Shown: in pieces, positions 39,137 to 50,002 of the stretch
Layout: each line of letters begins with the position of its first letter
Position numbering within the stretch: the stretch's first letter is position 1
Source of the DNA: Candidatus Binatia bacterium
Lineage (GTDB): Bacteria > Desulfobacterota > Binatia > Bin18
Reading direction: 5' to 3'
Length of the DNA stretch: 64,000 nucleotides
Assembly: GCA_963664395.2 (NCBI GenBank)
Contig: OY761159.2
Span: forward strand, 3,296,001 to 3,360,000
Made by a program: the position numbers and the translations under genes
The notes under the pieces: generated by a model
What the model was told of the DNA's origin: nothing
Databases searched by the model: none
The model's input: the letters and a program-made list of their open reading frames with translations, nothing else

Positions 39137-40870
39137 ATGGCTGAGTTTGATGTGCATATTAAAGGGGGAACGGTTGTTGACGGGACCCGCGTCCCGCGCT
39201 TTCAGGCTGATGTCTGGATTAAAGATGGAAAAATCGCCCAACTCGGCGGTCGGACGCCTGGCAGTGCGCACAAGGTCATTGATGCCGACGGGCTGATTGT
39301 TGCGCCTGGGTTTGTTGACCTGCATACCCATTATGACGCTCAGATTCGCTGGGACCCCTGGTGCACGATTTCCGGCTGGCACGGCGTGACCTCGGTTGTT
39401 CTTGGCAACTGCGGCTTTGGCTTTGCCCCGGTCAAACCCGATTTTCGGGAACGGTCCATGCTTACCATGACGCGCACGGAAGCTATCCCGTATGATTCCA
39501 TGAAAGAGGGCATGACCTGGGACTGGGAAACCATCCCTGAATATCTGGACTCGCTTGCCCGCTCGGCCAAAGGCGTCAACTGTATCCAGTATATGCCCAC
39601 TGCGTCGTTAATGACCTATGTGATGGGACTGGAGGCCGCCAAGTCCCGCACCGCCACGGATGCCGAAAAGAAAGAGATGCAGCGGCTCTTGCACGAAGGC
39701 ATGGATGCCGGACTGTGCGGCTTCTCGATTCAACGGCTTGGCCCCGACTCAACGCAAGCTGATTATGATGGCTCCCCCATGGTGACAGACATCATGGCGG
39801 ACGAGGACATTCTGAGCCTGGCCGAAGTCCTGCGGGGGCGAGACGAGGGATGTATCCAAATCACCCAGTCAACCGGGCATATTAAGGCCGACCTTGCCTT
39901 TTTGGAAAAACTGGCGGAAACCGCCCGACGGCCCATTCTGCACAACGTCATTGTCGCGGCCCGCAAGGACCCGAAGATCCACCGCCGGAGTTTGGACTGG
40001 CTGGAGCGCTGCCAGGAGAAGAACCTGCCGATCTATGGCCAGACCGGAACGCATCGGACGGGCTTTGCGTTTACGCTCGAACACTGGAATCTGTACGACG
40101 CGAGTCCTGCCTGGCGTGAGCTGACGACCGGAACGAAGACCGACAAGCTGGCCAAGATGAAAAACCCGGCCCTGCGCGCAGCAGTCAAGCGCGAGACCGA
40201 AGAAGCGGACCGTAAGCTGCAAGTGATCCAGGCGGGTGTTGGCGGTCCGATTCAAAGACTGATCGTCCAGACGGCCAACAATCAAACCGAGCTGGAACAC
40301 TATGTGGGTAAATCTGTCGGTCAGATTGCAGAAGAAGAGGGGAAAGACCCCATCGACGTCATGCTCGACCTGTCGCTTGCCGGTGATCTGAATGTCGAAT
40401 TCCTTGGACCGGACCGTGGTTTTAATGCCGAGCATACGGCCGAGATGATCAACGATTCGTACTTTACCGTTCCGGGAGCCTCAGACGGTGGTGCGCATAC
40501 CAAGTTCTTCACGGGTGGCGCTTTTACGACCGACTTCCTGCGTTGGTTAGTCCGGGATGAACACCTGATTAGCTTGGAAGAAGCCCATTACCGACTCTCT
40601 GCGCTTCCTGCTCATGCGGCCGGCTTCCGTGATCGTGGGGTGTTGCGTGAAGGCGCGGCAGCCGATGTGGTGGTTTACAATCTGGATGAATTGGACATCG
40701 AGCCGAATTGGATTGGTGAGATCGTGCATGACTTTCCCGGGAATGAATGGCGCCGGATTCAGCGGGCCAAAGGCTACCACGCGATCCTGGTGAACGGGGT
40801 CCAAACGTTCGAGGATGGCGAGTGTACCGGGGAAACACCGGGCCAGTTGCTGCGCAACGGGAGAGGCTAA
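39137..40870 (+). CDS. N-acyl-D-amino-acid deacylase family amidohydrolase
   Basis: GGTVVDGT, APGFVDLHTHYD, HGVTSVVLGNCG, SDGGAH. Confidence 0.9.
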   Translation: MAEFDVHIKGGTVVDGTRVPRFQADVWIKDGKIAQLGGRTPGSAHKVIDADGLIVAPGFVDLHTHYDAQIRWDPWCTISGWHGVTSVVLGNCGFGFAPVKPDFRERSMLTMTRTEAIPYDSMKEGMTWDWETIPEYLDSLARSAKGVNCIQYMPTASLMTYVMGLEAAKSRTATDAEKKEMQRLLHEGMDAGLCGFSIQRLGPDSTQADYDGSPMVTDIMADEDILSLAEVLRGRDEGCIQITQSTGHIKADLAFLEKLAETARRPILHNVIVAARKDPKIHRRSLDWLERCQEKNLPIYGQTGTHRTGFAFTLEHWNLYDASPAWRELTTGTKTDKLAKMKNPALRAAVKRETEEADRKLQVIQAGVGGPIQRLIVQTANNQTELEHYVGKSVGQIAEEEGKDPIDVMLDLSLAGDLNVEFLGPDRGFNAEHTAEMINDSYFTVPGASDGGAHTKFFTGGAFTTDFLRWLVRDEHLISLEEAHYRLSALPAHAAGFRDRGVLREGAAADVVVYNLDELDIEPNWIGEIVHDFPGNEWRRIQRAKGYHAILVNGVQTFEDGECTGETPGQLLRNGRG

Positions 40871-40895
40871 GAACAGTGTTCACCCGGGTTGATTC

Positions 40896-40922
40896 AAGGG
40901 CGGCCGAGTGGCCGCCCTTTTT
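40896..40922 (+). terminator. Rho-independent terminator
   Basis: aagggcggcc-gagt-ggccgccctt plus T-run. Confidence 0.88.
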
Positions 40923-40955
40923 ATTCCCGCTCTTCATACGGGATAGCATTCCATT

Positions 40956-40987
40956 AAAGATTCGGCTCCGCAAAGATTCGGCTCCGC
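40956..40987. repeat. 16-bp tandem duplication
   Basis: aaagattcggctccgc x2. Confidence 0.85.
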
Positions 40988-41144
40988 TGGAGCATGCGTC
41001 GTTCCGGTATCGAAGAGACCTCAGAGCTAGAGACCGGGCGGGGAGAGCCTCTCTGGGCTGACGCTATTCAGCTGGTCCTCTCCCTGGTATACTTCACTGC
41101 CCACGTTCACGAGAAGGATGTGGAGATGATTGAGAGATGATGCG

Positions 41145-41606
41145 ATGAGTCAGCTTCCCGCAGTTGTTCGCATAGGTTTCAAACCCGCCTCTACGCTGTC
41201 CCCCGCCCGCTCTCACTTCCTGTGCCCGGCCTGTTTCTGGGTCGGTCTGCCGCAGCCTCGTACGCCCGGTTCGCTCGTCATTGAAAGCCTCTTGTGGGGA
41301 CTCGGAGTGACAAGCAGCATGGGGCTGCTGCTGTGGGCGGGACAGCTCTCTCTGGTCCCGGTTGCACTGCCGTGTCTCCCTGGTCTGGGTTACTCAGTGT
41401 GGAGACGCTATCGCCGTCCGGCAGCCTGTCCTCGGTGCGGTATGCATTCGCTGCTGCCTGAAGAGGCGGTGTATCCCCCGGCCTGCTCTCATTTTCTTTT
41501 TAGTACGGAGCCGCGGCGTACGCCAGATGAAAACTATGAGCGGGCGTCCGCTGGCAACGCCCCTCCTCCAATCGCAGCTCTTGAGTCATCATCAAAGGTC
41601 CGTTGA
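41145..41606 (+). CDS. Hypothetical membrane protein with split zinc ribbon
   Basis: CPAC, two hydrophobic segments, then CPRCG. Confidence 0.55.
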   Translation: MSQLPAVVRIGFKPASTLSPARSHFLCPACFWVGLPQPRTPGSLVIESLLWGLGVTSSMGLLLWAGQLSLVPVALPCLPGLGYSVWRRYRRPAACPRCGMHSLLPEEAVYPPACSHFLFSTEPRRTPDENYERASAGNAPPPIAALESSSKVR

Positions 41607-41635
41607 ACACGGGCACCAAGACAGGAGTCATATCC

Positions 41636-41872
41636 ATGAGCCCAGGTGAGGTGATCTGCGACTACAAGGGAAAATATACCTCGCTCAAAGTCCTTCCTTT
41701 TGAAGACGCCAGCCGGGAAGTCTCCCTTGAAGGAACATTGGTGTCCGAGTATCAGGGCCGATTGAGTGGCACTGAAGTCGGAACGGTATACTGGCGCCAG
41801 GCGTCCGATGGAACAGCGACCCTTGAAGGCGAAGGCGACTTCTCCGAAGCCGTCGGGCAGTTCTACGCCTGA
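41636..41872 (+). CDS. Short hypothetical protein, possibly a truncated remnant
   Basis: AGGAG RBS; 78-aa beta-rich sequence. Confidence 0.4.
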   Translation: MSPGEVICDYKGKYTSLKVLPFEDASREVSLEGTLVSEYQGRLSGTEVGTVYWRQASDGTATLEGEGDFSEAVGQFYA

Positions 41873-42047
41873 CGCGGCCACGGGGTACAGGAGTACGCGC
41901 CGACGCCGAGCACCCCTCACAATGAAAAGAGGATATTATGTGGACCAGGGTCACACAGACAACCAAGGACGTGACCGCTTATCAGTTCCGTCGGTGCAGT
42001 GTCGGTCTCGGACAAGAGCCGAATCGGCATGTCCCGAGTACGAGGCT

Positions 42048-42674
42048 GTGACGCACTTGATCCGGCTGTATAAGCCGCCTCAGCACCGTCGTCTTTTGCG
42101 TGCTATTGCCTTTGATCTCGACAGCACGCTCACGCGGCCCTATCTGGACTTCACGCGCCTCAGAGCCCAACTTGGCCTGCCTGAGGGCGATATCCTGCAA
42201 TGGGCGGACTCTCTCCCGCCGCGCCCACGGGCTGAAGCCTTTGCCACGATTGAGGCCTTTGAACAAGACGGAGTTGAGAATGTCGCCTGGAACGACGGCG
42301 CACCGGAAACGTTAGCGGCTGTCCAAGCGTGCGGCCTGCCTGTGGCCATTATTACCCGGAACAGCCGGACTTCGCTCAAAGCCGTCTGTGCGCACTTGGA
42401 CATACGCGTAGACGTCCTCATTGCCCGAGAGGACGCAGCTCCCAAGCCGGACCCGGCCTGCGTACAGCTGGCGAGCGCACGCCTCGGTGTTCGCGTAGAG
42501 ACGCTGCTCATGGTGGGAGACTTTCGGCACGATACTGAGGCTGGACGCGCGGCTGGCGCCATGACGGTCCTCCTGACCAATGGCAAAACGCCAACCTGGC
42601 CGGTTGAGGCCGACCTGGCGATTACCCGTCTGCCTGAGCTATTGTCCTATCTGGAATCTGTGACACAAACATAA
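42048..42674 (+). CDS. HAD-family hydrolase
   Basis: FDLDSTL, TRN, KPDP, MVGD...D; start approximate. Confidence 0.88.
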   Translation: MTHLIRLYKPPQHRRLLRAIAFDLDSTLTRPYLDFTRLRAQLGLPEGDILQWADSLPPRPRAEAFATIEAFEQDGVENVAWNDGAPETLAAVQACGLPVAIITRNSRTSLKAVCAHLDIRVDVLIAREDAAPKPDPACVQLASARLGVRVETLLMVGDFRHDTEAGRAAGAMTVLLTNGKTPTWPVEADLAITRLPELLSYLESVTQT

Positions 42675-42689
42675 AGAAGGAGGACACCC

Positions 42690-43763
42690 ATGGAATTTGC
42701 CATTGCTTATCCGGCGAAACTGGACGCGTGGAAAGATCTCGTTGTTGCCGAGGACAACGGATTCAGCCATGCCTGGCTGTACGATTCCCAGATGCTCTAC
42801 AGCGATGTGTATGCGTGCCTGGCACTTGCCGCGGAGCACACCAAGGCCATGACGTTGGGAACAGGAGTCGCGATCCCGAGCAATCGCATCGCCCCAGTCA
42901 CCGCCCACTCCATTGCCACTATTAACCAACTCGCGCCAGGGCGCGTCATTCTTGGCCTGGGGACGGGGTTTACCGGACGGAATACCATGGGTCTCCCGCC
43001 TGTCTCTCTGAAAAGCATCCGGCACTATATTGAGCAATGTCGGGCGTTGCTCAAAGGAGAAGACGTTCTCTTTCAAGACAATGAAGGGGATGGTTCACGC
43101 GAACGCTGGATTCGTTTTCTGCACCAAGACCACGGCTATATCAATTTGAAAGACCCCATTCCGATTCATTTTGCGGCCAACGGTCCCAAGGCGTTAGAGC
43201 TGACAGGCGAGATTACGGACGGCTGGATTACGACCATTTCCACCCCTGAGACCTTGCGCAAAAACCTTGACGTGGTTGAAAAGGGGGCAGCCAAGGTCGG
43301 TCGGTCGGCCCGGGACTTACCCAATGTCGCGCTGACAACAGCCTGCGTACTCCAACCGGGTGAGTCTGCGACCTCGCCCCGCGTGATTGACCGTGTTGGC
43401 CCCTTTGCCGTGGTCGCGCTCCATGCACTATGGGAGCAATCTGCGGTCAGCGCAAACATGCCGCCTGCCATGGAGCCACTCTATCAGGGTTTTGCCGACT
43501 ATGTGGCCCAGATGCAAACGCCCGAAGACCGCCGTTATCTCGAAGTCCATGAAGGCCACCTGATCTACCTCAAGCCGGGTGAAGAGCGCTACTGTACTGA
43601 AGATCTGATTCGCGTCGTGACGCTGACCGGGACCGGGGAAGAGATCATTGCCCGGCTCAAAGCCCTCGAAGCGGCCGGTCTCAAACAGGTTGCCGTTCAG
43701 GTCGTGAACAATGGCCGTGAAATGATCGAAGAGTTCAGCCGCGAGGTGATTGCGAAATACTAG
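42690..43763 (+). CDS. LLM-class flavin/deazaflavin-dependent oxidoreductase
   Basis: AWLYDSQM, LGTGV, APGRVILGLGTG, AANGPKAL..TGEITDG. Confidence 0.9.
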   Translation: MEFAIAYPAKLDAWKDLVVAEDNGFSHAWLYDSQMLYSDVYACLALAAEHTKAMTLGTGVAIPSNRIAPVTAHSIATINQLAPGRVILGLGTGFTGRNTMGLPPVSLKSIRHYIEQCRALLKGEDVLFQDNEGDGSRERWIRFLHQDHGYINLKDPIPIHFAANGPKALELTGEITDGWITTISTPETLRKNLDVVEKGAAKVGRSARDLPNVALTTACVLQPGESATSPRVIDRVGPFAVVALHALWEQSAVSANMPPAMEPLYQGFADYVAQMQTPEDRRYLEVHEGHLIYLKPGEERYCTEDLIRVVTLTGTGEEIIARLKALEAAGLKQVAVQVVNNGREMIEEFSREVIAKY

Positions 43764-43770
43764 GAGGACT

Positions 43771-44913
43771 ATGACTCAAGACACCATCACTTTCGGGATC
43801 GCCATTTCTCTCAGTGGCCGGTATGCCCTGCTGGGGCGCCAAGTCCTTGAAGGGCTTGAGTGCTATGTCCGCGATGTGAATGCCGACGGCGGGATGCTGT
43901 TACGGGACGAGAATCGAAAAATACCCGTCTCTTTAATTGTCGAAGATGACCACAGTGATGAGGCGAGAGTCCGCGGGCTCGTCGAGAAGTTGATTAGCCA
44001 CGCCAAGGTCGATCTGCTGCTGGGGCCCTACGGCAGTGGGCTGACTCTTGCCGCCGCGGAGACGGCCGAGGCCGCCCGGCATGTGCTGTGGAACCATAGC
44101 GGGTCGGCAGACGAAATTTTCGAGTGCAACCTCTCTTGGGTAGTCGGCATTCTGAGTCCGGCGTCACAATACCTCTGTGCCATTCTCGAATTGCTGCACA
44201 CGCTGGACCCCGGCGCAAAACGGGTGGCTGTATTGAGCGCCCAAACCGGCTTTGCAACCGATATGGCCAGGGGTGCGCTGGCGTGGATACAACGGCACGG
44301 CCTGACGCTCGCCAGCCACCAGCTATACCGGTCCGGTCTTGACGATTTCAGCCCTTTGCTCAACCCGCTCAAGGACGACCCGCCGGATTGGTTTCTCAGC
44401 GTGGGCCGCGTAGAGGATGATCTTCGGCTGGGTCGGCAGTTGTGTGACATCCGACCACGACTCAAGGCCGCCGGGCTGGTAGTAGCGGCCATTAGTCGTT
44501 TTAAGGCCGAGCTCGGCGAGCGGGCAGACGGGTTTCTCGCACCGAGTCAGTGGGAGCCACAAGTGGAATACCGGGTGGATTGCGGCCCGCCGGAAAATAC
44601 GTTTTTGACCCACTATCTCAAAGGTGCAACCGTTCCTATCGACTATCCGGCGGCTCAGGGCTATGCCGCCGGGGTGATTGCCCAGCGCTGCGTTGAGGAG
44701 GTGGGCAAGATCGATCAACAGGCGCTGCGGGCCGCTGCCGGCCGTGTCCGCTGCACAACCTTCTACGGCCCGTATGCGATTGAAGCGCAGACCGGTCGCC
44801 AAACCGCCCACCCCATGCTGGTGACGCAATGGCAGCAGGGCCGTAAGGAAATCGTGTGGCCACGCACGGTGGCTGAAGCCCAGCCGGTCTATCCCGGACC
44901 GCTGTGGGAGTAG
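43771..44913 (+). CDS. Branched-chain amino acid-type ABC substrate-binding protein
   Basis: [28 protein letters not shown]; no obvious signal peptide. Confidence 0.82.
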   Translation: MTQDTITFGIAISLSGRYALLGRQVLEGLECYVRDVNADGGMLLRDENRKIPVSLIVEDDHSDEARVRGLVEKLISHAKVDLLLGPYGSGLTLAAAETAEAARHVLWNHSGSADEIFECNLSWVVGILSPASQYLCAILELLHTLDPGAKRVAVLSAQTGFATDMARGALAWIQRHGLTLASHQLYRSGLDDFSPLLNPLKDDPPDWFLSVGRVEDDLRLGRQLCDIRPRLKAAGLVVAAISRFKAELGERADGFLAPSQWEPQVEYRVDCGPPENTFLTHYLKGATVPIDYPAAQGYAAGVIAQRCVEEVGKIDQQALRAAAGRVRCTTFYGPYAIEAQTGRQTAHPMLVTQWQQGRKEIVWPRTVAEAQPVYPGPLWE

Positions 44914-45035
44914 GTGGGAAAGGAGAAACCCGTCCAACAATTGAACTTGCTCTCCACCTTGGTTACACTCTTACGAAGTTGGGGCAGGCAAGCGCCTATT
45001 CCAGCGACATCATCTTCACGAAAGGGGAGAGCGAA

Positions 45036-45455
45036 ATGAGTCACATCAGAGCGGAATACATCTGGATAGACGGGAACAAACCGACTGCCACGCTGCATCC
45101 AAAACCGATCAAAGGAGATTGGAATGGCGCCGGTGCCCACACAAATTTCAGCACCAAATCCATGCGCGCGGCAGGCGGCTTGCAGGTGGTGAAAGCCGCC
45201 TGCGAAGCGCTGGAAAAAAAGCACGAGGAACACATTGCGGTGTATGGCGCCCACAATGAAGAACGCCTCACCGGCCTGCATGAGACGTGCAGCATCCATG
45301 AATTTCGCTACGGCATAAGTGACCGTGGAGCCTCGGTCCGGATCCCGATGGCCACGGCCAAAGAGGGGCGCGGCTATTTGGAAGATCGCCGCCCGGCAGC
45401 CAACATGGACCCCTATCGGGTCTGCGCCGCGCTGCTCGAAACAACGTGTGGCTGA
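45036..45455 (+). pseudogene. glnII: Glutamine synthetase type II with large in-frame internal deletion
   Basis: N-terminal [11 protein letters not shown] joined directly to [41 protein letters not shown]; only 139 aa. Confidence 0.85.
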
Positions 45456-45504
45456 GGCGCACAATCAGAGAGATAATACCTTCTCTCTTGCTCGGAGGGC
45501 CGCT

Positions 45505-46515
45505 ATGTTACACACGCCAGTATGCCAGGACCTGGGTATCAAGTATCCAATTTTTTCCGTAGGTATGGGCGGTGGGATGTCCGGGCCACCGCTCACGGCA
45601 GCGGTTTCCAACGCCGGCGGCTGTGGTGTCTTGGGTATGGGCGGTCTGCCGGCGCCTTTCATACAACAGCAGATCCGGCAGGTCCGGGTGCTGACCACGC
45701 AGCCCTTTGGGGTCAATATTATTCTGCCCCTGCTGCAAGAGGGACAGGTTGAAACGTGTCTGGCCGAAGCCGTTCCCCTGCTTGTGCTCTTCTGGGGTGA
45801 TCCTGAACCCTATGTCAAAGAAGCCCATCGCGCAGGGACCAAAGTCTTTATCCAGGTTGGCTCAGTTGAAGAAGCGCTTGCCGCGGCGGACGCCGGAGTG
45901 GATGGCATTATCGTCCAAGGTGTTGAAGCGGGGGGGCACGTCAAAAGCACAACCTCACTGTCAACCATCGTGCCGGCTGTGGCCGAAGCCGTTGGACCGG
46001 TGCCGGTTATTGCCGCTGGTGGCATCGCCACCGGACGCGGGGTCGTGGCGGCCCTCACGCTGGGTGCTCAGGCGGTATCCATGGGCACGCGCTTTGTGGC
46101 CAGTGAAGAAGTCCACGTCACCCAGGAATACAAACAGCGCATTGTTGACAGCACGGCAGAAGATACGGTGTACACCACGCTCTTTGATGTGGGCTGGCCG
46201 GAGGCGGCTCATAGGGTGTTGCGCAATAGGGCTCTGGACGAATGGGAAGCCGCCGGCCGGCCGGCCAGCGGCCAGCGGTCCGGCGAAGGCAGCATTGTCG
46301 GTACGATGCCGCTGGCCGGAACGTCCATAGACCTGCCCAAATACGGCATCTTCCCGCCTATGCTTGGCTTTGAGGGCGACCTGGAACAAACCGCATTGTA
46401 CGCGGGTGAATCGTGTCGGTTGATTCATGCCATTAAGCCGGCGGGTCAAATCGTGCACGACATCGTGCACGAAGCCCAAGACATTCTGAAAAGCCTGGGC
46501 GCGTCAAGAGCGTAA
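45505..46515 (+). CDS. Nitronate monooxygenase/FabK-like flavoprotein
   Basis: AAVSNAGGCG, PFGVN, QGVEAGGH, PVIAAGGI, MGTRF. Confidence 0.9.
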   Translation: MLHTPVCQDLGIKYPIFSVGMGGGMSGPPLTAAVSNAGGCGVLGMGGLPAPFIQQQIRQVRVLTTQPFGVNIILPLLQEGQVETCLAEAVPLLVLFWGDPEPYVKEAHRAGTKVFIQVGSVEEALAAADAGVDGIIVQGVEAGGHVKSTTSLSTIVPAVAEAVGPVPVIAAGGIATGRGVVAALTLGAQAVSMGTRFVASEEVHVTQEYKQRIVDSTAEDTVYTTLFDVGWPEAAHRVLRNRALDEWEAAGRPASGQRSGEGSIVGTMPLAGTSIDLPKYGIFPPMLGFEGDLEQTALYAGESCRLIHAIKPAGQIVHDIVHEAQDILKSLGASRA

Positions 46516-46558
46516 TCAAACTCCCCTGCGCTCTGAGAAAAGAAAGGAAACAAACTGC

Positions 46559-47311
46559 ATGACTCGGCTCGCAAACAAAGTCAGCCTGATTACCGGCGGC
46601 GGTTCCGGCATTGGCCGCGCAACCTGTCTGCTGTTCGCCCAAGAGGGCGCTCGGGTGAGTGTGGCAGACTACGACGAACCCGGCGGACAGGAAACCGTGC
46701 AACAAATCCGGGCCAGCGGCGGTACCGCCGCCTTTATTCGAGCCGATGTCTCTCAGTCAGCGGACGTGCAGCGCATGATTGCGGCAACCAAAGAAACCTA
46801 TGGGCGCATTGACGTCTTATTCAATAATGCCGGGATTGAGGGCCCGTCCGCAAAATTAGCCACCTATCCCGAGGACGCCTGGGACACCGTTATCGCTGTT
46901 GATCTCACGTCGGTCTATTTAGGCATGAAATACGTCATCCCGCATATGCTTGAACAGGGCGGTGGCGTCATTCTGAGTACCGCCTCCGTAGCCGGATTGG
47001 TCGGATTTCCCGGCAGCGGCGCGTATGCTGCCGCCAAGGCCGGCGTGATCAACCTGACCCGCATGGTCGCACTTGAATACGCCAGTAAAAATATTCGGGT
47101 CAACTGTATCTGTCCGGGCATTATTGCAACGCCCATGGCCGAGCGCGTCATAGGCGAGCGCCCGCAAGAGCAGGTTGTCCGCATGGAGCCCATCGGTCGG
47201 CTGGGCAAGGCCGAAGACATTGCCCAGGCCGCGCTCTTCTTAGCCAGTGATGAGTCGTCGTTTGCCACCGGTGCGCCCTTCATTATTGACGGGGGGTATG
47301 TAGCACGGTAG
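46559..47311 (+). CDS. SDR family oxidoreductase
   Basis: TGGGSGIG, NNAG, YAAAK, IRVNCICPG, DGG. Confidence 0.95.
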   Translation: MTRLANKVSLITGGGSGIGRATCLLFAQEGARVSVADYDEPGGQETVQQIRASGGTAAFIRADVSQSADVQRMIAATKETYGRIDVLFNNAGIEGPSAKLATYPEDAWDTVIAVDLTSVYLGMKYVIPHMLEQGGGVILSTASVAGLVGFPGSGAYAAAKAGVINLTRMVALEYASKNIRVNCICPGIIATPMAERVIGERPQEQVVRMEPIGRLGKAEDIAQAALFLASDESSFATGAPFIIDGGYVAR

Positions 47312-47321
47312 TGGAGACGGC

Positions 47322-48014
47322 ATGAAAGAATCGTTTATCCTGCTGTTGTGGTGGGGTCTCTTTGGTGGCGCGCATATGCTTATGTCCTCGCCCGGTTGGC
47401 GCCCGAAACTGGTTGCCGGTCTTGGTGAGCGGGGCTTCTTGGGACTCTATTCTCTGATTGCGCTCGCCACCCTGGTGCCACTGTGCCTCTACTACGGCGC
47501 GCACAAACACACCGGCCCGCAGCTCTGGATCACACTTGCCCCCTACCTTCTTGCGCGTGATATGAATATCCTGCTCATGCTGCTGGCCTTTGCCCTCTTC
47601 GTCAGCGGACTTGCTGCGCGTCCGCCCAGCTCCATGCTGGCCAGTGGAGAGCCCCGGGCCTATGGCGTCACCCGTATTACCCGCCACCCGGTCTTTGCCG
47701 CGTTCTTTTTGTTCGGCGTGGCGCACTGCCTGGTGAACGGCGCCCTCAGCGACGTCGTCTTCTTCGGCGGTTTCGTCGTCTACTCCTGGCTGGGCGCTCG
47801 CCATCAGGACGAACGCAAAGCGGGCGACATTCCCGGCTATGCAGAATTTCGGCTGTCCACCTCGTTTGTGCCATTCGGGGCCATTGTCAGCCGACGGCAG
47901 CCGTTTCCTGCCGGAGAGTTGCGTTGGGGGGCGATCGTCATTGGCCTAGTTGTGTTCTACCTCGTGCGAACCTTTCATCCCGGCATATTTGGCGGGATTC
48001 TCATGACGCTCTAA
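47322..48014 (+). CDS. NnrU family membrane protein
   Basis: ITRHP...AH.LVNG, TSFVPF.AI. Confidence 0.85.
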   Translation: MKESFILLLWWGLFGGAHMLMSSPGWRPKLVAGLGERGFLGLYSLIALATLVPLCLYYGAHKHTGPQLWITLAPYLLARDMNILLMLLAFALFVSGLAARPPSSMLASGEPRAYGVTRITRHPVFAAFFLFGVAHCLVNGALSDVVFFGGFVVYSWLGARHQDERKAGDIPGYAEFRLSTSFVPFGAIVSRRQPFPAGELRWGAIVIGLVVFYLVRTFHPGIFGGILMTL

Positions 48015-48026
48015 TAATACTGTATT

Positions 48027-48317
48027 ATGAACCTGGAGGCGTTGACTGAGGCCTGGAACTGGCTCCTCGGCCTGTCCAAGGTCCAATTGATTATGCTGGG
48101 TGGTGGAACCGCTCTGCTCGTTGCGGTGAGTAAAGTTCTCCGCCTTCTGTTCTTAATTGTTGTCCTGCTCCTCTTTCTTGGCGTGTTTCTGCCGCACCTG
48201 CTCAAGACTTATGAAGAGGGTCCGCTTCCGGCTGTGGTCGACGATGCCATCCAACGGGGAGTTGATGCCTCTCAGGATATTGCTCCCGCACTGCCCCCGG
48301 CCACGCCTCAACCGTAA
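48027..48317 (+). CDS. Small hypothetical membrane protein
   Basis: Two hydrophobic helices; fills the gap in a co-directional gene run. Confidence 0.5.
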   Translation: MNLEALTEAWNWLLGLSKVQLIMLGGGTALLVAVSKVLRLLFLIVVLLLFLGVFLPHLLKTYEEGPLPAVVDDAIQRGVDASQDIAPALPPATPQP

Positions 48318-48363
48318 GACTGGCCTAAGACCGTATCAAAAGACGAATGAGCGAAAGGAGACG

Positions 48364-48837
48364 ATGATGGAAGTTGAAAGGAAACTCGAAGAACTCGGGC
48401 TGACCCTGCCGCCCATTCCCACTCCCGTGGCCAATTATCTGCCCCTGGTGCGAACCGGCAATCTCCTGTTTGTCTCCGGCCACGGACCGGGTGTCCTCAA
48501 GGACGGCGCGGTGTCGTTCATCCAGGGTAAGCTCGGCAGAGACCTGGATGTCGAGCAAGGCTATGCCGCGGCCAAACAGGTCATGCTCAATATCTTGCAA
48601 TCCATGAAGCAAGAACTGGGAGACCTGGACAAAGTTCAGAAGGTTGTCAAGCTGCTCGGCTTTGTCAACTGTACGCCCGACTTCCCGGATCAACCCAAAG
48701 TGATCAATGGCGCGTCCGACCTGCTGGTCGAACTGTTCGGTGAGCGCGGTCGCCACGCCCGCTCGGCCGTGGGGATGAACCAGCTCCCGTTCGGCATCGC
48801 GGTCGAGATTGAGCTGGTGGTGGAAGTCAAGGACTGA
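48364..48837 (+). CDS. RidA/YjgF superfamily protein
   Basis: PVANY, VSG, QPKVINGASDL, HARSAVG, VEIE. Confidence 0.92.
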   Translation: MMEVERKLEELGLTLPPIPTPVANYLPLVRTGNLLFVSGHGPGVLKDGAVSFIQGKLGRDLDVEQGYAAAKQVMLNILQSMKQELGDLDKVQKVVKLLGFVNCTPDFPDQPKVINGASDLLVELFGERGRHARSAVGMNQLPFGIAVEIELVVEVKD

Positions 48838-48880
48838 GGCGGAGATCCGCGCCGCCGCCTATGTATCGTCGGGCAGGGGA

Positions 48881-49867
<987 letters not shown>

Positions 49868-49967
49868 TATTCTTGTATTGTTCCTGATCTGCACGCTGTC
49901 CACAAGCTCGACTGACTGCAAAGCGCGTTGAGACCGGCGCACCCCGGCGCACACAAGAGACGCATCC

Positions 49968-49996
49968 GTGACGCCAGCCAGCCTCCACTGTATAAT
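49968..49996 (+). promoter_or_regulatory. Sigma70-type promoter, probably yielding a leaderless mRNA
   Basis: GTGACG-17 nt-TATAAT, ATG 6 nt after the -10, no Shine-Dalgarno. Confidence 0.55.
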
Positions 49997-50002
49997 ACGA
50001 CT

